This document shows positions 63,586 to 64,000 of a DNA stretch of 64,000 nt, in pieces. The DNA lies in NCBI RefSeq assembly GCF_018350175.1, contig NC_058372.1, positions 32,054,001 to 32,118,000 on the forward strand, written 5' to 3'. The number at the start of each line of letters is the position of its first letter. The stretch's first letter is position 1. The position numbers and the translations under genes are program-made. This stretch comes from Felis catus. Taxonomy: Eukaryota. A model generated the notes under the pieces. That model was not told the origin of the DNA. It made no database searches and saw only the letters and a list, made by a program, of their open reading frames with translations.

Positions 63586-64000
63586 CTATTCTAAACAGCA
63601 AATCGACACCACTATTAAAATCACAGATACCTTTCCAATTTCACCAATAATATATCTGCCCTTTTTGATCCAGGATTACATATTGCATTTGGTTGTCACA
63701 TATCTACAGTCTCCTTTAATCTGGGTAGTTCCTTTGTCTTGCCTTGGCTTTCAGGAATCAGTTTTAAAGAGCACAAGCTTTTTACTTTCTGCAAGATGGC
63801 CTTCAACCTAAGTGCATGTAAAGGCAAAAGGAAAGTGATGTTGTGTCCTTTCAAGTGCATGACATTAGGAAGTGCAGGAGGTGAACCCATATACAGTTCG
63901 GCAGGTTTCTCCTCCATAAAGTCAGCACTTGTCCCTTTGTAATTCTTAAGTCTCTGCTACGTCATCAAATCTCCATCTATTTGCCTTAGCATCGATTGAT

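Overview
Mammalian genomic DNA from a carnivore, most likely a felid or other feliform (feline-type CAN-SINEs, carnivore L1 3' ends). It covers the gene-dense extended MHC class II region in the gene order known from other mammals: VPS52 (-, 5' part), RPS18 (+), B3GALT4 (+), WDR46 (-), PFDN6 (+), RGL2 (-), TAPBP/tapasin (-), ZBTB22 (-), DAXX (-), SMIM40 (-). A repeat-rich intergenic tail follows. I reconstructed exon structures by hand from splice sites and reading frames; all genes look intact. Twelve N-gaps hide, among other things, VPS52 exon 3, RPS18 exon 6 and the RGL2 start codon. I found no new protein-coding system. The most interesting signals are RNA-level and regulatory: two minor-spliceosome (U12) introns in VPS52, one of them AT-AC; spliced strong-Kozak uORFs in frame with, and stopping 2-4 codons before, the main ATG of both B3GALT4 and DAXX; a perfect competing donor or 3-nt microexon in RPS18 intron 2; a candidate in-frame alternative RGL2 exon; two mirtron-like introns; and a CRX+NRL-type photoreceptor promoter cassette before SMIM40. 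Comparisons with human sequences are from memory and were not run as searches.
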